A stretch of DNA of 60,797 nt, filler included, from Actinomycetota bacterium (GCA_046725875.1; 4 parts of 4 records of this genome joined end to end with filler, not necessarily neighbours in it), one strand, 5' to 3'; shown: positions 39,996-50,044, counted from the first letter of the whole stretch. Program-made: numbers and translations. Notes: generated from the letters alone by a model not told the origin.

Positions 39996-41021
39996 GTGAG
40001 CGTGGGTATCGAGATCCTTCCGGTCGAGGCCGGTGACACCGATGCGATCGAGGAGCGGCTGGCTCTGACCTCGCTCGTCCGGCAGACTCTGCTGCCCGAT
40101 ACGCCCCCACCGTGCCCGGTCCATTCTCGGGCCCAATTCCAGTGGCCCTGGCCTGGCGTGCACGACCACGTCTGGCTGGCCCGCGTCGACGGCCAAGGCG
40201 CCGGCCTGGCTGAAGCCAGGCTGCCCTACCTGGACAATCTCGACAACGCCGAAGTCGACATCCAGGTCCATCCCGACCTGCGCAGAGGCGGGCTCGGCCA
40301 GCGCCTACTAGAGCATGCGGTGGCCCACTGTCGCGCCGAGCGCCGGTCCCGGGTCATCGGATCTTCGGCGGAATCGCTGCCTGGCGGCGCGCCGCGCGAT
40401 GCATCGGGGAGTGCATTCGCGGCCGCGCTGGGGGCGCGGCCGGCGCACCGGGAGATCCGGCGCCGCCTGGACCTGACCAGCTTCGACAAGGACCGGATGT
40501 CTGATCTTCTCGGCGACGCCTGGCGGCGCGCCGGCGGGTACTCACTGGTGCAGTGGCGCGAGCAAGCTCCCGAGCGGTATGTCGCCGACATCGGCCGGCT
40601 CGACAGCCGGCTCATGGCCGACGCACCGATGGGCGATCTCAAGATCGAGCCGCAGAAGATCGACGTGGCCAGAACTCGCGCGACCGAGCTGGCGCGGGTC
40701 GGCCGCGGCGAGCGCTCGTACCACACCGGGCTCCGCCACGACGCGTCCGACTCATTGGTCGCCTGGACCTTGCTCGTCGTTGACCCGACGATCGACCATC
40801 ACGGCTGGCAACAGATCACCATCGTCGATCCGGCTCACCGCGGCCATCGGCTTGGAATTATCGCCAAACTGGAAAACCTTGCCTACGCGCGGGAGGGGAC
40901 GCCGGCGCTCCAACAGGTGGACACATCGAATGCTGCGGCAAACACGCACATGATCGCGATCAATGAACAGATCGGGTTCCGGCCACTCGACCAATGGGTG
41001 GGATGGCGGCTGGACCTATAA
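39996..41021 (+). CDS. tandem-domain GNAT acetyltransferase
   Basis: Two acetyl-CoA motifs (VHPDLRRGGLG, VDPAHRGHRLG) and NAAANTHMIAINEQIGF. Confidence 0.85.
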   Translation: MSVGIEILPVEAGDTDAIEERLALTSLVRQTLLPDTPPPCPVHSRAQFQWPWPGVHDHVWLARVDGQGAGLAEARLPYLDNLDNAEVDIQVHPDLRRGGLGQRLLEHAVAHCRAERRSRVIGSSAESLPGGAPRDASGSAFAAALGARPAHREIRRRLDLTSFDKDRMSDLLGDAWRRAGGYSLVQWREQAPERYVADIGRLDSRLMADAPMGDLKIEPQKIDVARTRATELARVGRGERSYHTGLRHDASDSLVAWTLLVVDPTIDHHGWQQITIVDPAHRGHRLGIIAKLENLAYAREGTPALQQVDTSNAAANTHMIAINEQIGFRPLDQWVGWRLDL

Positions 41022-41168
41022 CCGTCACCCCGCTTCACCCAAGCGCGCTGGCTCCTGTCCATCGTCGACTGGATGTGCGACGGATTCGCCCTGGCTAGGC
41101 TCACTCCTGACCAGCCCTGCTGACTGCCAAGTCAGGATGGCGCGGTCGGGTCGGCATAGGGGATACAC

Positions 41169-42011
41169 GTGCGCGATTACGTACTCACGATCTCGTGCCC
41201 GGATCGCATCGGCATCGTCCACGCGGTGACCGGTGTGTTAGTCGCACACGAGTGCACGATCCTTGATAGCCAACAATTCAGCGACCCCAGCTCAGGATGG
41301 TTCTTCCAACGGATTCACGCGGCGGGGCCGCCGACGCCGCAAGAGCTACGAACTGGGTTCGCCGATGTTGTTCATCGGTTCGGTATGTACTTCGCACTCC
41401 ACGACCTCGCGGTGCGCCCACGGATGCTCGTCATGGTGTCGCGCTACGGCCACTGTTTGAATGATCTGCTTTACCGATGGAGCAGCGATCATCTTCACGT
41501 GGACCTGCCCGGGGTTGTCTCGAATCATGAAGATCTACGAGGTCTGGTCGAGCCGTACGGCATCCCATACCACCACATCCCGGTCACCGCCGAGACAAAG
41601 CGCGCGGCGGAGTCGGCGCTGCTGACCCTCGTTGAGCGGCTCCACATCGACTTCGTCGTGCTCGCTCGCTACATGCAAGTCCTCTCGGATGACCTCTGCA
41701 AGCGGCTCGAGGGGCGGCTGATCAATATTCATCATTCATTTCTGCCAAGCTTCGCCGGCGCTCGTCCCTACCGTCAGGCGCACCTTCGCGGCGTGAAGCT
41801 CATCGGGGCGACGGCACATTATGTTACGTCCGACCTTGACGACGGACCGATCATCGAGCAGGAAGTGGCGAGGGTCGACCACAGTTATGAGCCCGAGCAG
41901 CTTGCTGCTGTCGGTCGGGACGTCGAGTCGATCGCTCTTGCGAGAGCCGTACAGTGGCACGCTGAACACCGGATCCTGCTCAACGGCCGCCGCACGGTGG
42001 TCTTTCGCTGA
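41169..42011 (+). CDS. purU: formyltetrahydrofolate deformylase
   Basis: ACT domain SCPDRIGIV, VLARYMQVLS, INIHHSFLPSF, GATAHYVTSDLDDGPIIEQ. Confidence 0.95.
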   Translation: MRDYVLTISCPDRIGIVHAVTGVLVAHECTILDSQQFSDPSSGWFFQRIHAAGPPTPQELRTGFADVVHRFGMYFALHDLAVRPRMLVMVSRYGHCLNDLLYRWSSDHLHVDLPGVVSNHEDLRGLVEPYGIPYHHIPVTAETKRAAESALLTLVERLHIDFVVLARYMQVLSDDLCKRLEGRLINIHHSFLPSFAGARPYRQAHLRGVKLIGATAHYVTSDLDDGPIIEQEVARVDHSYEPEQLAAVGRDVESIALARAVQWHAEHRILLNGRRTVVFR

Positions 42012-42057
42012 AGCGGCTCACGAGATTAGATCCGTTCAGGCGGGTAACCCGTCAGCC

Positions 42058-43688
42058 GTGAGAATCACCGATACCAGCGATCTGTGGTGGAAGACAGCGG
42101 TCATCTACTGCCTCGACATCGAGACGTACCTCGACTGGAACCGCGACGGCGTGGGCGACATGGCCGGGCTCGCCCGCCGAATCGACTATCTCGCCGAGCT
42201 GGGGATCACCTGCCTCTGGCTGATGCCGTTTTTCCCCACGCCCGATCGCGATGACGGTTACGACATCACCGACTTTTATGGGGTGGACTACCGGCTTGGT
42301 AATCACGGCGACTTCGTGCAGCTCGTACGAACCGCACGGGACCGCGGCATCCGGGTCATCGCCGACCTCGTCGTCAACCACACATCGGACCAGCATCCGT
42401 GGTTCCAGTCCGCCCGGGAGAGCAAGGACTCGCCGTATCGCGACTTCTACGTCTGGCGCAGCGACCCGCCGCCGGATACATCGAAGGAGACGGTCTTCCC
42501 CGGTGAGGAGAAGAGCATTTGGGAGTACGACGAGAAGAGCGGCGAGTACTACCTGCATCGGTTCTACAAGCATCAGCCCGACTTGAACGTCGCCAATCAG
42601 GCCGTTCGGGACGAGATCGCGAAGGTGATCGGCTTCTGGCTGGAGCTCGGCCTGTCCGGGTTCAGAATCGACGCGGTGCCCTTCCTCATCGAGACGACGG
42701 GAGCGCCCGAGCGCGATGTCAAGGAATACGGCGACCCACACGAATACCTGCGGTCGCTGCGCTCGTTCGCCGGTCGGCGGGTAGGAGACTCGTTCCTCCT
42801 CGGCGAGGTCAACGTGCCCTACAAGGACCAGGTCGCGTTCTTCGGCGGTGCCGAGGGCGGCGAGCTGACCATGCAGTTCGACTTCATCGGCATGCAGAAC
42901 CTTTACTTGTCGCTCGCCAGGCAAGATGCCCGCCCGCTCGCCAAGACGCTGGCGGAGCGGCCGGTGACGGCTCCGGACAGCCAGTGGGCGACCTTCGTCC
43001 GCAACCACGACGAGCTGACGCTCGACAAGCTCAGCGAGGAGGAGCGTCAGGAGGTCTTCGCCGCATTCGGGCCGGAGAAGCGGATGCAGGTGTACGGGCG
43101 GGGGCTGATCCGGCGGTTGCCGCCGATGCTCGACGGTGATCCGCAACGCATCCGGATGGTCTATAGCCTGCTGTTCTCACTTCCCGGTACGCCGGTGCTG
43201 TTCTACGGCGAAGAGATCGGACTGGGCGAGAACCTGGATGCCGGCGAGCGCATGGCGGTGCGGCCGCCCATGCAATGGGAGGCGGGTCACCAGGGCGGAT
43301 TCTCGACCGCCGAGCCGGCGTCCCACCTCGCCCGCGTCGTGCAGGGCCGGTTCGGCCCCGAGCACGTCAACGTCGACGACCAGCGACGCGACCCGAACTC
43401 GTTGCTCAACTTCATGTCGATGCTGATCCACCGTTATCGCGAGAGCCCGGAGCTGGGCTGGGCAGACTTCTCCGTCCTCGAGCAACCGCACAAGGAGGTG
43501 CTCGCCCACCGGTGTACCTGGGGCGACGGCAGCATGGTCGCCGTACACAACCTGGGGCCCGAGCAGCGAAAGGTCCCCATCACGCTTGACGACTGTGACG
43601 ACGGTTGCCATCTCGCCGACCTGCTCCGGCCCGGCACAACCCGGCTGGACCGGTCCGGAAAGGCCGAGCTCGACCTCGACGGGTACGG
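42058..43688 (+). CDS. GH13 trehalose-synthase-like alpha-amylase family protein, extreme 3' end cut by gap
   Basis: DLWWKTAVIY, DDGYDITDF, DLVVNHTSDQHPWF, GFRIDAVP, RNHDELTL. Confidence 0.88.
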
Positions 43689-43788
43689 NNNNNNNNNNNN
43701 NNNNNNNNNNNNNNNNNNNNNNNNNNNNNNNNTTAATTAATTAANNNNNNNNNNNNNNNNNNNNNNNNNNNNNNNNNNNNNNNNNNNN
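43689..43788. other. artificial contig-join spacer
   Basis: 44 N + TTAATTAATTAA + 44 N. Confidence 0.98.
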
Positions 43789-44030
43789 AGGTCGGCGACG
43801 AGGTGGTCGGGCACACCTCGATCGGCGAGCTGATCGGAGAGATCGGCGTGCTCAAGCACACCTTGCGTACCGCGACGGTGACGGCGACGACGCCGATGCG
43901 GCTGCTCGTGATCAACCCACGCGAGATGAGCTGGTTGTTCGAGGACCCGAAGCTCGCCGCCCGGGTGCAGCAGAACCTCGACAAGCACCTTCAGGGACCA
44001 CAACCGCACTCGGCGAGCGACCAGCCCTGA
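43789..44030 (+). CDS. cyclic nucleotide-binding domain protein, 3' part only
   Basis: GELIGEIGVL...RTATVTATTPMRLLVI phosphate-binding cassette. Confidence 0.75.
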
Positions 44031-44117
44031 TCCCTGGCCGCAGTGCCCTGGACATGATCGCGATCGGACTGGCCGACGGTGAGCCGGCTAGTGTATCCGT
44101 CCTCCTGGCCTCAGTCC

Positions 44118-44250
44118 GGGCGTTAGTTAGAACCACGCGGCCAGGCGCCAAGTTGTTGATCATGGCGATTGGGTGCTGCTCGGCGAGCAGTACGACGACC
44201 TGATGAAGTACGCAGCTTCGGTCAAGAACAAGACCGCGGCCACCGCAGCC
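44118..44250 (+). mobile_element. possible Tn3-family remnant (IR-like end plus short transposase fragment)
   Basis: DWVLLGEQYDDLMKYAASVKNKTAATAA (44167-44250) resembles a Tn3 transposase segment; GGGCGTTAGTTAGAA at 44118 is end-like. Confidence 0.4.
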
Positions 44251-44400
44251 CGGCCCCCTCACCACAAGCAGCAGCCAGCACCCCGACCACGGCGACCATC
44301 ACCGCCCATGCCCGGCCCATGCTGCATTGGACGGCGCCCGCCCGTGGGCTGGTTCCACCAAGCGCCGTGAAGTCGGGATATAGAGCGTTCGCGATCTTCA

Positions 44401-45528
44401 TCACGGCACGGGCTGATCGGGGACGGTCGGCCGAGCGCTGCGGCGCTGGACGAGCTCCGCGATGCGCTGGGCGATGAACCGCGCGTCGTGCTTGACCCAT
44501 CCCAGCAGCGCGGAGCCGCGCGTGTGCTGCCACGTGAGCCCCAGGAAGTACAACCCGGGCGCCGCGGTCACGCCCCGGTGATGCATAAGCCGCGCCGCGT
44601 CGTCGAACACCGGGACGTGCACGAAGCTGTGATCGACCGCGAAGCCGGTGGCCCAGATCACCGCGGCCGGCGCTAGCCTGCTGCGGTCGGCGAACACCAC
44701 TTCCGATCGCTGGGCGTCCACGGTGCGGCCGCGCAGCCGGATGCCGTACCGGCGGCTGGCGGAGCGTGGGCTCGAGCCGATCAGGGTCTCGCGGTAGCGC
44801 AGTCTCTGGCCGAGCCGCGAATCGACGGTGACGCGCATCAGGCCGAGCGCTTCCAGGTACCGAAACAGGTCTTGGCCGGCGATGCGCTGGGGCAGCGGCG
44901 TCTGGCGGGAGCCGATGGACAGGTGCACCTGGTGTGTACGCGAGAGCTCTTCGGCGATCTGAAAGCCGGTGTTGCCGCCGCCCACCACGAGCACCGGGCC
45001 GGCCGGCACCTGATCGGGCCCGCGGTACTCCGTGCTGTGAAACTGGACAATCCCGGGGTCCAGTGGCTGGGCGATCGGCGGCACGCGGGGGATCTGGAAC
45101 GGTCCAGTGGCGATCACCACCTGGTCGGCCGCGTAGGTGCGGTCGTCAAGCTCGATCAGATAGCCGTCGTCGGCCCGCCGGACGACGCGGACCTCGCTGT
45201 TGAGCTCGACCGGCAAGTCGAAGGCCATGGCATAGTCGGTGAGATAGTCGACGACGTCGCCGCGACCCGGGTAGCTGTCCGGGTCGCCGGGGAAGGCACG
45301 CCCGGGCAGGCTGTCGTAGCGCACCGGCGTGAACAGCCTCAGCGAGTCCCAGCGCGCCCGCCACGCCGCCGCCGGCGCGTCCGCTGCCTCCAGGATCGTG
45401 AAGTCGCGCTCCTGCCGCTTGAGGAAATAGCCGACCGCTAGGCCGGCCTGGCTGCCGCCGACGACGACCACTTCACGGTGATTCTGCGCGGCGCGCGGAT
45501 GCTCCTCAACCCCCGAAGGATCGGTCAT
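44401..45528 (-). CDS. FAD/NAD(P)-dependent flavoprotein monooxygenase-like oxidoreductase (CzcO/ArsO-like)
   Basis: VVVGGSQAG, RWDSLRLFTP, ATG, HSTEY, VVGGGNTG, WATGF, GLYFLG; ATGA-coupled to the oxidase. Confidence 0.88.
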   Translation of the reverse strand: MTDPSGVEEHPRAAQNHREVVVVGGSQAGLAVGYFLKRQERDFTILEAADAPAAAWRARWDSLRLFTPVRYDSLPGRAFPGDPDSYPGRGDVVDYLTDYAMAFDLPVELNSEVRVVRRADDGYLIELDDRTYAADQVVIATGPFQIPRVPPIAQPLDPGIVQFHSTEYRGPDQVPAGPVLVVGGGNTGFQIAEELSRTHQVHLSIGSRQTPLPQRIAGQDLFRYLEALGLMRVTVDSRLGQRLRYRETLIGSSPRSASRRYGIRLRGRTVDAQRSEVVFADRSRLAPAAVIWATGFAVDHSFVHVPVFDDAARLMHHRGVTAAPGLYFLGLTWQHTRGSALLGWVKHDARFIAQRIAELVQRRSARPTVPDQPVP

Positions 45529-47519
45529 CGGGTCTCCGCAGAGGCCCGGTCGCCACCTCCGGGTGAGACGTTGAAGCTGAACATCATCCCGCTCTCGTGG
45601 TGCTCGGCGATGTGGCAGTGCGCCATCCACAGGCCGGGGTTGGTGACGTCGAGCAGGATGTCGACGACCTCCCCGGTGCGCACCAGCACGGTGTCCTTCC
45701 ACATCAGGTTGGGCTCGATCTCGCCGTTGCGGGCCAGGATCAAAAAGCGTCCGGCGCCATGGATGTGGAACGGGTGGTGCATCGGATGGTCGGAATCCAT
45801 CTCGTTGACCAACCGGATCTTCACCCGATCGCCCACAGTGAAGCGCCAATCGATCCCGGCGTTTTCCTGGCCGGTCGTCCGGTCCACCAGCTTCCAGCGC
45901 ATATTGGCCGGGGTCGTGATCTTGTTGATCTCGACCATGTCGTCCTCCCACTCGATCCCGCCCGCCGCCGCGTGATCGTGACCGGGATCCTCGTGGCCCG
46001 CGCCGTGCTGCCCGTGGCCGTCGCCGGCGTGCCCACCGTCGGCGGCGGCATCGTGGTGCTCGTGACCCGTGGCGTGATCCTCCTGGGCGGCCGGGTGGTG
46101 GTGACCTTCACGGTGATGCTCGTGGTGCTCGCCTTCGTGCCCGTGGCCCGTCGGCTCGCCGCTGGCCGGGGCGGTCAGGGCGGCGGGCAGGAGCCTCATC
46201 CCGCACTGCGGGCAGCGGCCCGGCTCTTGGCTGACGACGTCGGGGTGCATGGGGCAAACGTAGGTGGTTGGGCTGGCGGGCACCGCCAGCAGTTTCATGC
46301 CGCAGCGCGGGCAGTGTCCGGGCTCGTCCTGCCTGACGTCGGGGTGCATGGGGCACGCGTAGGACGTGGGGACCGCCTTGGCCAGCAGCATCATGCCGCA
46401 GCGCGGGCAGCGTCCGGGCTCGTCTTGGACGACGTCGGGGTGCATCGGGCAGGCGTACACGACCGGCCCCTCGGGTTCCTGGAAGTCCATCTCGGCCACG
46501 AACGCCAGCGTCTTGTCCGGCTCCGCCTCCAGCGCGCCGGTCAGGCGCTCCCGCTCGGCGGCCAGCTCCCGGTCGCTGCGCAGCCGCGCGAACTGCTCGC
46601 CCAGCGACGGCTCGGCTACCCCTTCGCCTACGCTGATCGCGGCGAGCCGATAGACGCGGTCAGGAGTGTGATGCTCCAGCGCCAGCTCGCCGGGCCGCTC
46701 GAACAGCGCGTCGACGACCACGCGCTCCGACGGCGCCAGCACGACGTCCTCGACGGACTGCTCGTGCTCGACCCGGCCGCTGTCGCCGCCGACGAGCTTC
46801 ATCCGCGCCCCGGGCAACTTAACCTTGAACACGCGGGTGTTGGCAGTGTCCGTCAGGTAGAACCTCACGACCTCGCCGGACCTGGCGGACCTCCGCAGGT
46901 CAGCCTCGCCGCCCACCAGCAGAACGTTGCCGAACCGGCCCATCGCCGCGTACGTCGTCTCGGTCCGGCGAAACGGCGCGATCTGGCCCTCCTCGATCAG
47001 GATGTCGTCGAGGGTCAGGACCAGCCCGCGGTGGGCCGGCGGCCAATAATCGGGGTCGGCGGGTTCGACCAGAACGTTGCCGTACAGGCCCATCTCCTGG
47101 CCGTAGTCCTCGCGGATGTGCGGGTGATACCAGTAAACCCCGGGGTCGGGAAACATCACGCGATACGTGAACCGCCCACCGACCGGGATCGGCGCCTGGG
47201 TTTCGTGCGTGCCGTCGTAGCGGTTCTCCAAGCGCAGCCCGTGCCAATGCACCGTTGCCTCGAGATCGCCCTCGTTGACCACATCGACCAGGATCGCCGC
47301 GCCCTGCCGCACCTTCAGCGTCGGTCCAGGAATCGATCCGTTGTAGGCCAGCATCCGGATCATCGCCTCGCCGATCTGCTTCCTCACGGGACCGATCCGC
47401 AACTCAAATCGCTCCCCGTTGGGGACCTCGACCGCGCTCGTCGCGACCGCATCCGGAACACCCTCCGTGTCTCGGGGGAAATGCCGATCGATCTCTGACC
47501 GCATGTCGTCCTCCGTCAC
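45525..47519 (-). CDS. multicopper oxidase with three inserted heavy-metal-binding repeats and a His-rich linker
   Basis: HWHG, WYHPH, HPFHIHG and HCHIAEHHESGM copper motifs; 3x YxCPMHP...PGxCPxCGMxL. Confidence 0.93.
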   Translation of the reverse strand: MTEDDMRSEIDRHFPRDTEGVPDAVATSAVEVPNGERFELRIGPVRKQIGEAMIRMLAYNGSIPGPTLKVRQGAAILVDVVNEGDLEATVHWHGLRLENRYDGTHETQAPIPVGGRFTYRVMFPDPGVYWYHPHIREDYGQEMGLYGNVLVEPADPDYWPPAHRGLVLTLDDILIEEGQIAPFRRTETTYAAMGRFGNVLLVGGEADLRRSARSGEVVRFYLTDTANTRVFKVKLPGARMKLVGGDSGRVEHEQSVEDVVLAPSERVVVDALFERPGELALEHHTPDRVYRLAAISVGEGVAEPSLGEQFARLRSDRELAAERERLTGALEAEPDKTLAFVAEMDFQEPEGPVVYACPMHPDVVQDEPGRCPRCGMMLLAKAVPTSYACPMHPDVRQDEPGHCPRCGMKLLAVPASPTTYVCPMHPDVVSQEPGRCPQCGMRLLPAALTAPASGEPTGHGHEGEHHEHHREGHHHPAAQEDHATGHEHHDAAADGGHAGDGHGQHGAGHEDPGHDHAAAGGIEWEDDMVEINKITTPANMRWKLVDRTTGQENAGIDWRFTVGDRVKIRLVNEMDSDHPMHHPFHIHGAGRFLILARNGEIEPNLMWKDTVLVRTGEVVDILLDVTNPGLWMAHCHIAEHHESGMMFSFNVSPGGGDRASAETR
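46185..46457 (-). repeat. three tandem intragenic repeats encoding CPMHP/CPxCGM domains
   Basis: YACPMHPDVVQDEPGRCPRCGMMLL, YACPMHPDVRQDEPGHCPRCGMKLL and YVCPMHPDVVSQEPGRCPQCGMRLL, also similar at DNA level. Confidence 0.92.
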
Positions 47520-47719
47520 TTCGGCGGCTCATCCAGTCGACCACCGGAGCCCGAGCTCACTCTCGCGAAGTGGGTAAGGCCGCCGCGCAGGTACCCGCGG
47601 CAGTTCCCCGAATCTAGCTCCCTATCTATTGCATACCTAGTCAGGCCCCTGACCGCGATCACCCGTTTGGGCGCCTCAACGCCGTCGCGGCGCTAGAAGG
47701 GGTGCTCGCCGACCCGGGG

Positions 47720-47857
47720 GTCGGCACCGTCTACGGCATGAACTTCGAGCAGATGCCCGAGCTCAGTTGGGTCCTGGGCTACCCGGCCGCGCTGGTACTG
47801 ATGGTGCTGACATCTGTCGTCCTCTACGCGGCCTTCGAACGGCGGGGCTGGCTGTGA
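47720..47857 (+). pseudogene. corA: C-terminal fragment of a CorA Mg/Co transporter
   Basis: VGTVYGMNFEQMPELSWVLGYPAALVLM...FERRGWL* with YGMNF and MPEL signatures; the rest of the gene is absent. Confidence 0.8.
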
Positions 47858-47888
47858 GCTGCACGTGCGCGCGTGCGCCGCCATTCCG

Positions 47889-48021
47889 CTAGCTATTGCT
47901 ACGGCGGGTTGCTGTGAAGCTGAACTGGGTGACCGTGAAGAAGAACTCGCCACGGTCGCCGAGTCCGCGCTGCTCATCGGCCCAGGCCTTCGCCTCCTGC
48001 TGGCTCATCCCGCCCTGATCG
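47889..48021 (-). pseudogene. probable C-terminal remnant of a SAM-dependent methyltransferase
   Basis: EAKAWADEQRGLGDRGEFFFTVTQFSFTATR tail with no coherent upstream frame. Confidence 0.45.
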
Positions 48022-48191
48022 TGGCCAGCGGCCGTAGCGGTGGGCCCGCAACCCCATCCACCTCGAGGATACGTACCTGATCGAGCGCGGCTACCACCCC
48101 GTTGAAGACACGCACCCGCGGACTGCGCTGCCTCAGCCGTCTCAGCGTCGGCAGGACCGCCCGCCCGAGCAGCGGCAAATGAGTGCACGAC

Positions 48192-48221
48192 CGATGAGAT
48201 CGGTGCCGCGGTCCGGTCGTA
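48192..48221 (+). promoter_or_regulatory. putative ECF (SigG-like) promoter
   Basis: CGATGA-N18-GTCGTA upstream of a RibD-C gene, close to the SigG consensus CGATGA-N18-GTCNNTA as I recall it. Confidence 0.5.
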
Positions 48222-48257
48222 TCGAACGACGACCCCAGCGCGAAGGGAACTGCGACC

Positions 48258-48902
48258 ATGAAACTGACGACCGTCACGAACGTCTCCGTCGACGGAGTGA
48301 CGCAGGGACATCGACGGATCGATGCAGGGACCCGGCGCGGAGCCGGCGCGCCGCATGAGGACGGCAGCGGTGGATTCGAGCGCTTCGGATGGGCCCCGCC
48401 ACTGCTCGACGACGAGGCCTCGACGTTCATCGGCCAGGCTTTCCAGCGCGCCGACGCGTTCCTGTTCGGCCGGCGGACCTTCGAGATCTTCGCCAGCTCC
48501 TGGGGAGCAGGCATGGATCCGGGAAACCCGGTCGGAAAGGCGTTGAACACGCGGCCCAAATACGTCGCCTCGACCACGCTCACCGACCCGCAATGGGCGG
48601 ACACGACCGTCCTGTCCGGTGACGTCGCGGCGGCCGTCGGCGAGCTAAGAGCCAAGCCGGGCGGTGAGCTGCAAGTGTGGGGCAGTGGCACCCTGGTCCG
48701 CTGGCTGCTCGGCCACCGGCTGGTCGACGAGATCGTACTGCTCACCTATCCCGTGGTCGTCGGGCAGGGCACGCGGCTCTTCCCCGCCACCGGCCCGGAC
48801 ATAGGACTCGAGCTGGTCGACTTGCAGTCCACCCCGAAGGGGCTAACGATCCAGACCTACCGCACCACCGGTCGCCCGCAGTACGAGACGGCCACGACCT
48901 GA
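48258..48902 (+). CDS. RibD-C/dihydrofolate reductase family protein
   Basis: NVSVDGVTQG, FLFGRRTFE, KYVASTTL, VWGSGTLV, YPVVVGQGTRLF. Confidence 0.9.
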   Translation: MKLTTVTNVSVDGVTQGHRRIDAGTRRGAGAPHEDGSGGFERFGWAPPLLDDEASTFIGQAFQRADAFLFGRRTFEIFASSWGAGMDPGNPVGKALNTRPKYVASTTLTDPQWADTTVLSGDVAAAVGELRAKPGGELQVWGSGTLVRWLLGHRLVDEIVLLTYPVVVGQGTRLFPATGPDIGLELVDLQSTPKGLTIQTYRTTGRPQYETATT

Positions 48903-48921
48903 CGCATGTGACATAGGTGTG

Positions 48922-49053
48922 CTGGAGACGAAGAGCACTCGGCGTCCTCTGGATCACCGCGGACTCCGACTTCGACGTCGCGCTCAAGCTCGCCGCTGAG
49001 GGTCGAAGGCCTGCAATCGGAAGGTCGGGGTGCCGCCATTCCTGGGCAAGTGA
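48922..49053 (+). pseudogene. frameshifted remnant of a YciI/DGPF-family gene
   Basis: LETK...LWITADSDFDVALKLAAEG/SKACNRKVGVPPFLGK* read across frameshifts. Confidence 0.55.
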
Positions 49054-49359
49054 GTGATCGACGTCGCGGCAAGTTGCCGGAGGACCGCGCGGGAACCTGA
49101 AAGCGGTGTGCACGCTCATCAGCCTGACCGCGCGGATCGCGGCGGAGCGACGCGCTCGATCTGTGCCGTCACCGGGCGAGCGCACGCCCTCTCGTCGGCG
49201 AGGAGGCGTAGACGAGGTAGCCAGCGGCGGCCTCCTCGAGCTGCGCGACGCCGACGCCCGGCAGCATTGCCTGCGATCAACGCGCTGCTCCTGGCGCTAG
49301 CCGGGTTGGGCCGGGGCCACCCGGGGCTGCAGACTGGTCACTGCAAGGGAGGAATGCAG

Positions 49360-49929
49360 ATGGCTGAGCTTGTCGTCGACTTCATCACCTCGCTCGACGG
49401 TTACGCGTCCGCCGAAGGCTGGCCGGGCTGGTGGGGTATGGAAGGGCCGGAGTACCTTGCCTGGCTGGGTGAGAACCCCGAGGGGGACTACCTGGTCTTG
49501 ATGGGAGCGAACACCTACCGGCTCATGTACGGCTTCACGAAGGAAGGCGAGCCGGGGACGGACGTGCTCGGCGGCCTCTCGAAGGTGGTGTTCTCCAGCA
49601 CGCTGACCGAGCCGCTGGAGTGGGAGAACTCGACGCTGGTCACCGGCGATGCGGCCGATGCGGTGCGGGAGATGAAGGAGAACGGCGACCGGTCGATGCG
49701 CACCATCGGCAGCCTCACGCTGTGCCGCTCGCTACTGGAAGCCGGCCTCGTCGACCGGTTCCGGGTGGTGATGTTCCCGGTCATCACCGGCGCCACCGGC
49801 CAGGAGCGGATCTATGATGGCTACCCCGACGTTGCCCTCGACATGGTGAACAGCCGCACCTTCGACGGCCAGATCCAGTTGGTCGAGTACGTGCCGACTG
49901 TGCTGCACGGCCCACCCGGCACGTCCTGA
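49360..49929 (+). CDS. RibD-C/dihydrofolate reductase family protein
   Basis: VDFITSLDGY, LMGANTY, KVVFSSTL, IGSLTL, FPVITG; RBS GGAGG. Confidence 0.9.
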   Translation: MAELVVDFITSLDGYASAEGWPGWWGMEGPEYLAWLGENPEGDYLVLMGANTYRLMYGFTKEGEPGTDVLGGLSKVVFSSTLTEPLEWENSTLVTGDAADAVREMKENGDRSMRTIGSLTLCRSLLEAGLVDRFRVVMFPVITGATGQERIYDGYPDVALDMVNSRTFDGQIQLVEYVPTVLHGPPGTS

Positions 49930-50044
49930 GCGTCCATCCCCAAGTCACCAGGCCCACAGATGACCATGGCGACGCGACCCCCGCGGCGGTATGGGACTGT
50001 TCGCGGCAAGAGCGTGCGTCAGACTGTCGTCCCTAGGATGAGCT

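Noticed and set aside
46185..46457. Tandem DNA repeats as a CRISPR-like array
   Set aside because: They are in-frame protein-domain repeats; no CRISPR array or cas gene is visible anywhere in the window.
47610..47645. AT-rich patch upstream of the multicopper oxidase as a CsoR operator
   Set aside because: It lacks the TAC-C-run/G-run-GTA pattern and is only a weak palindrome; it may simply be the promoter.
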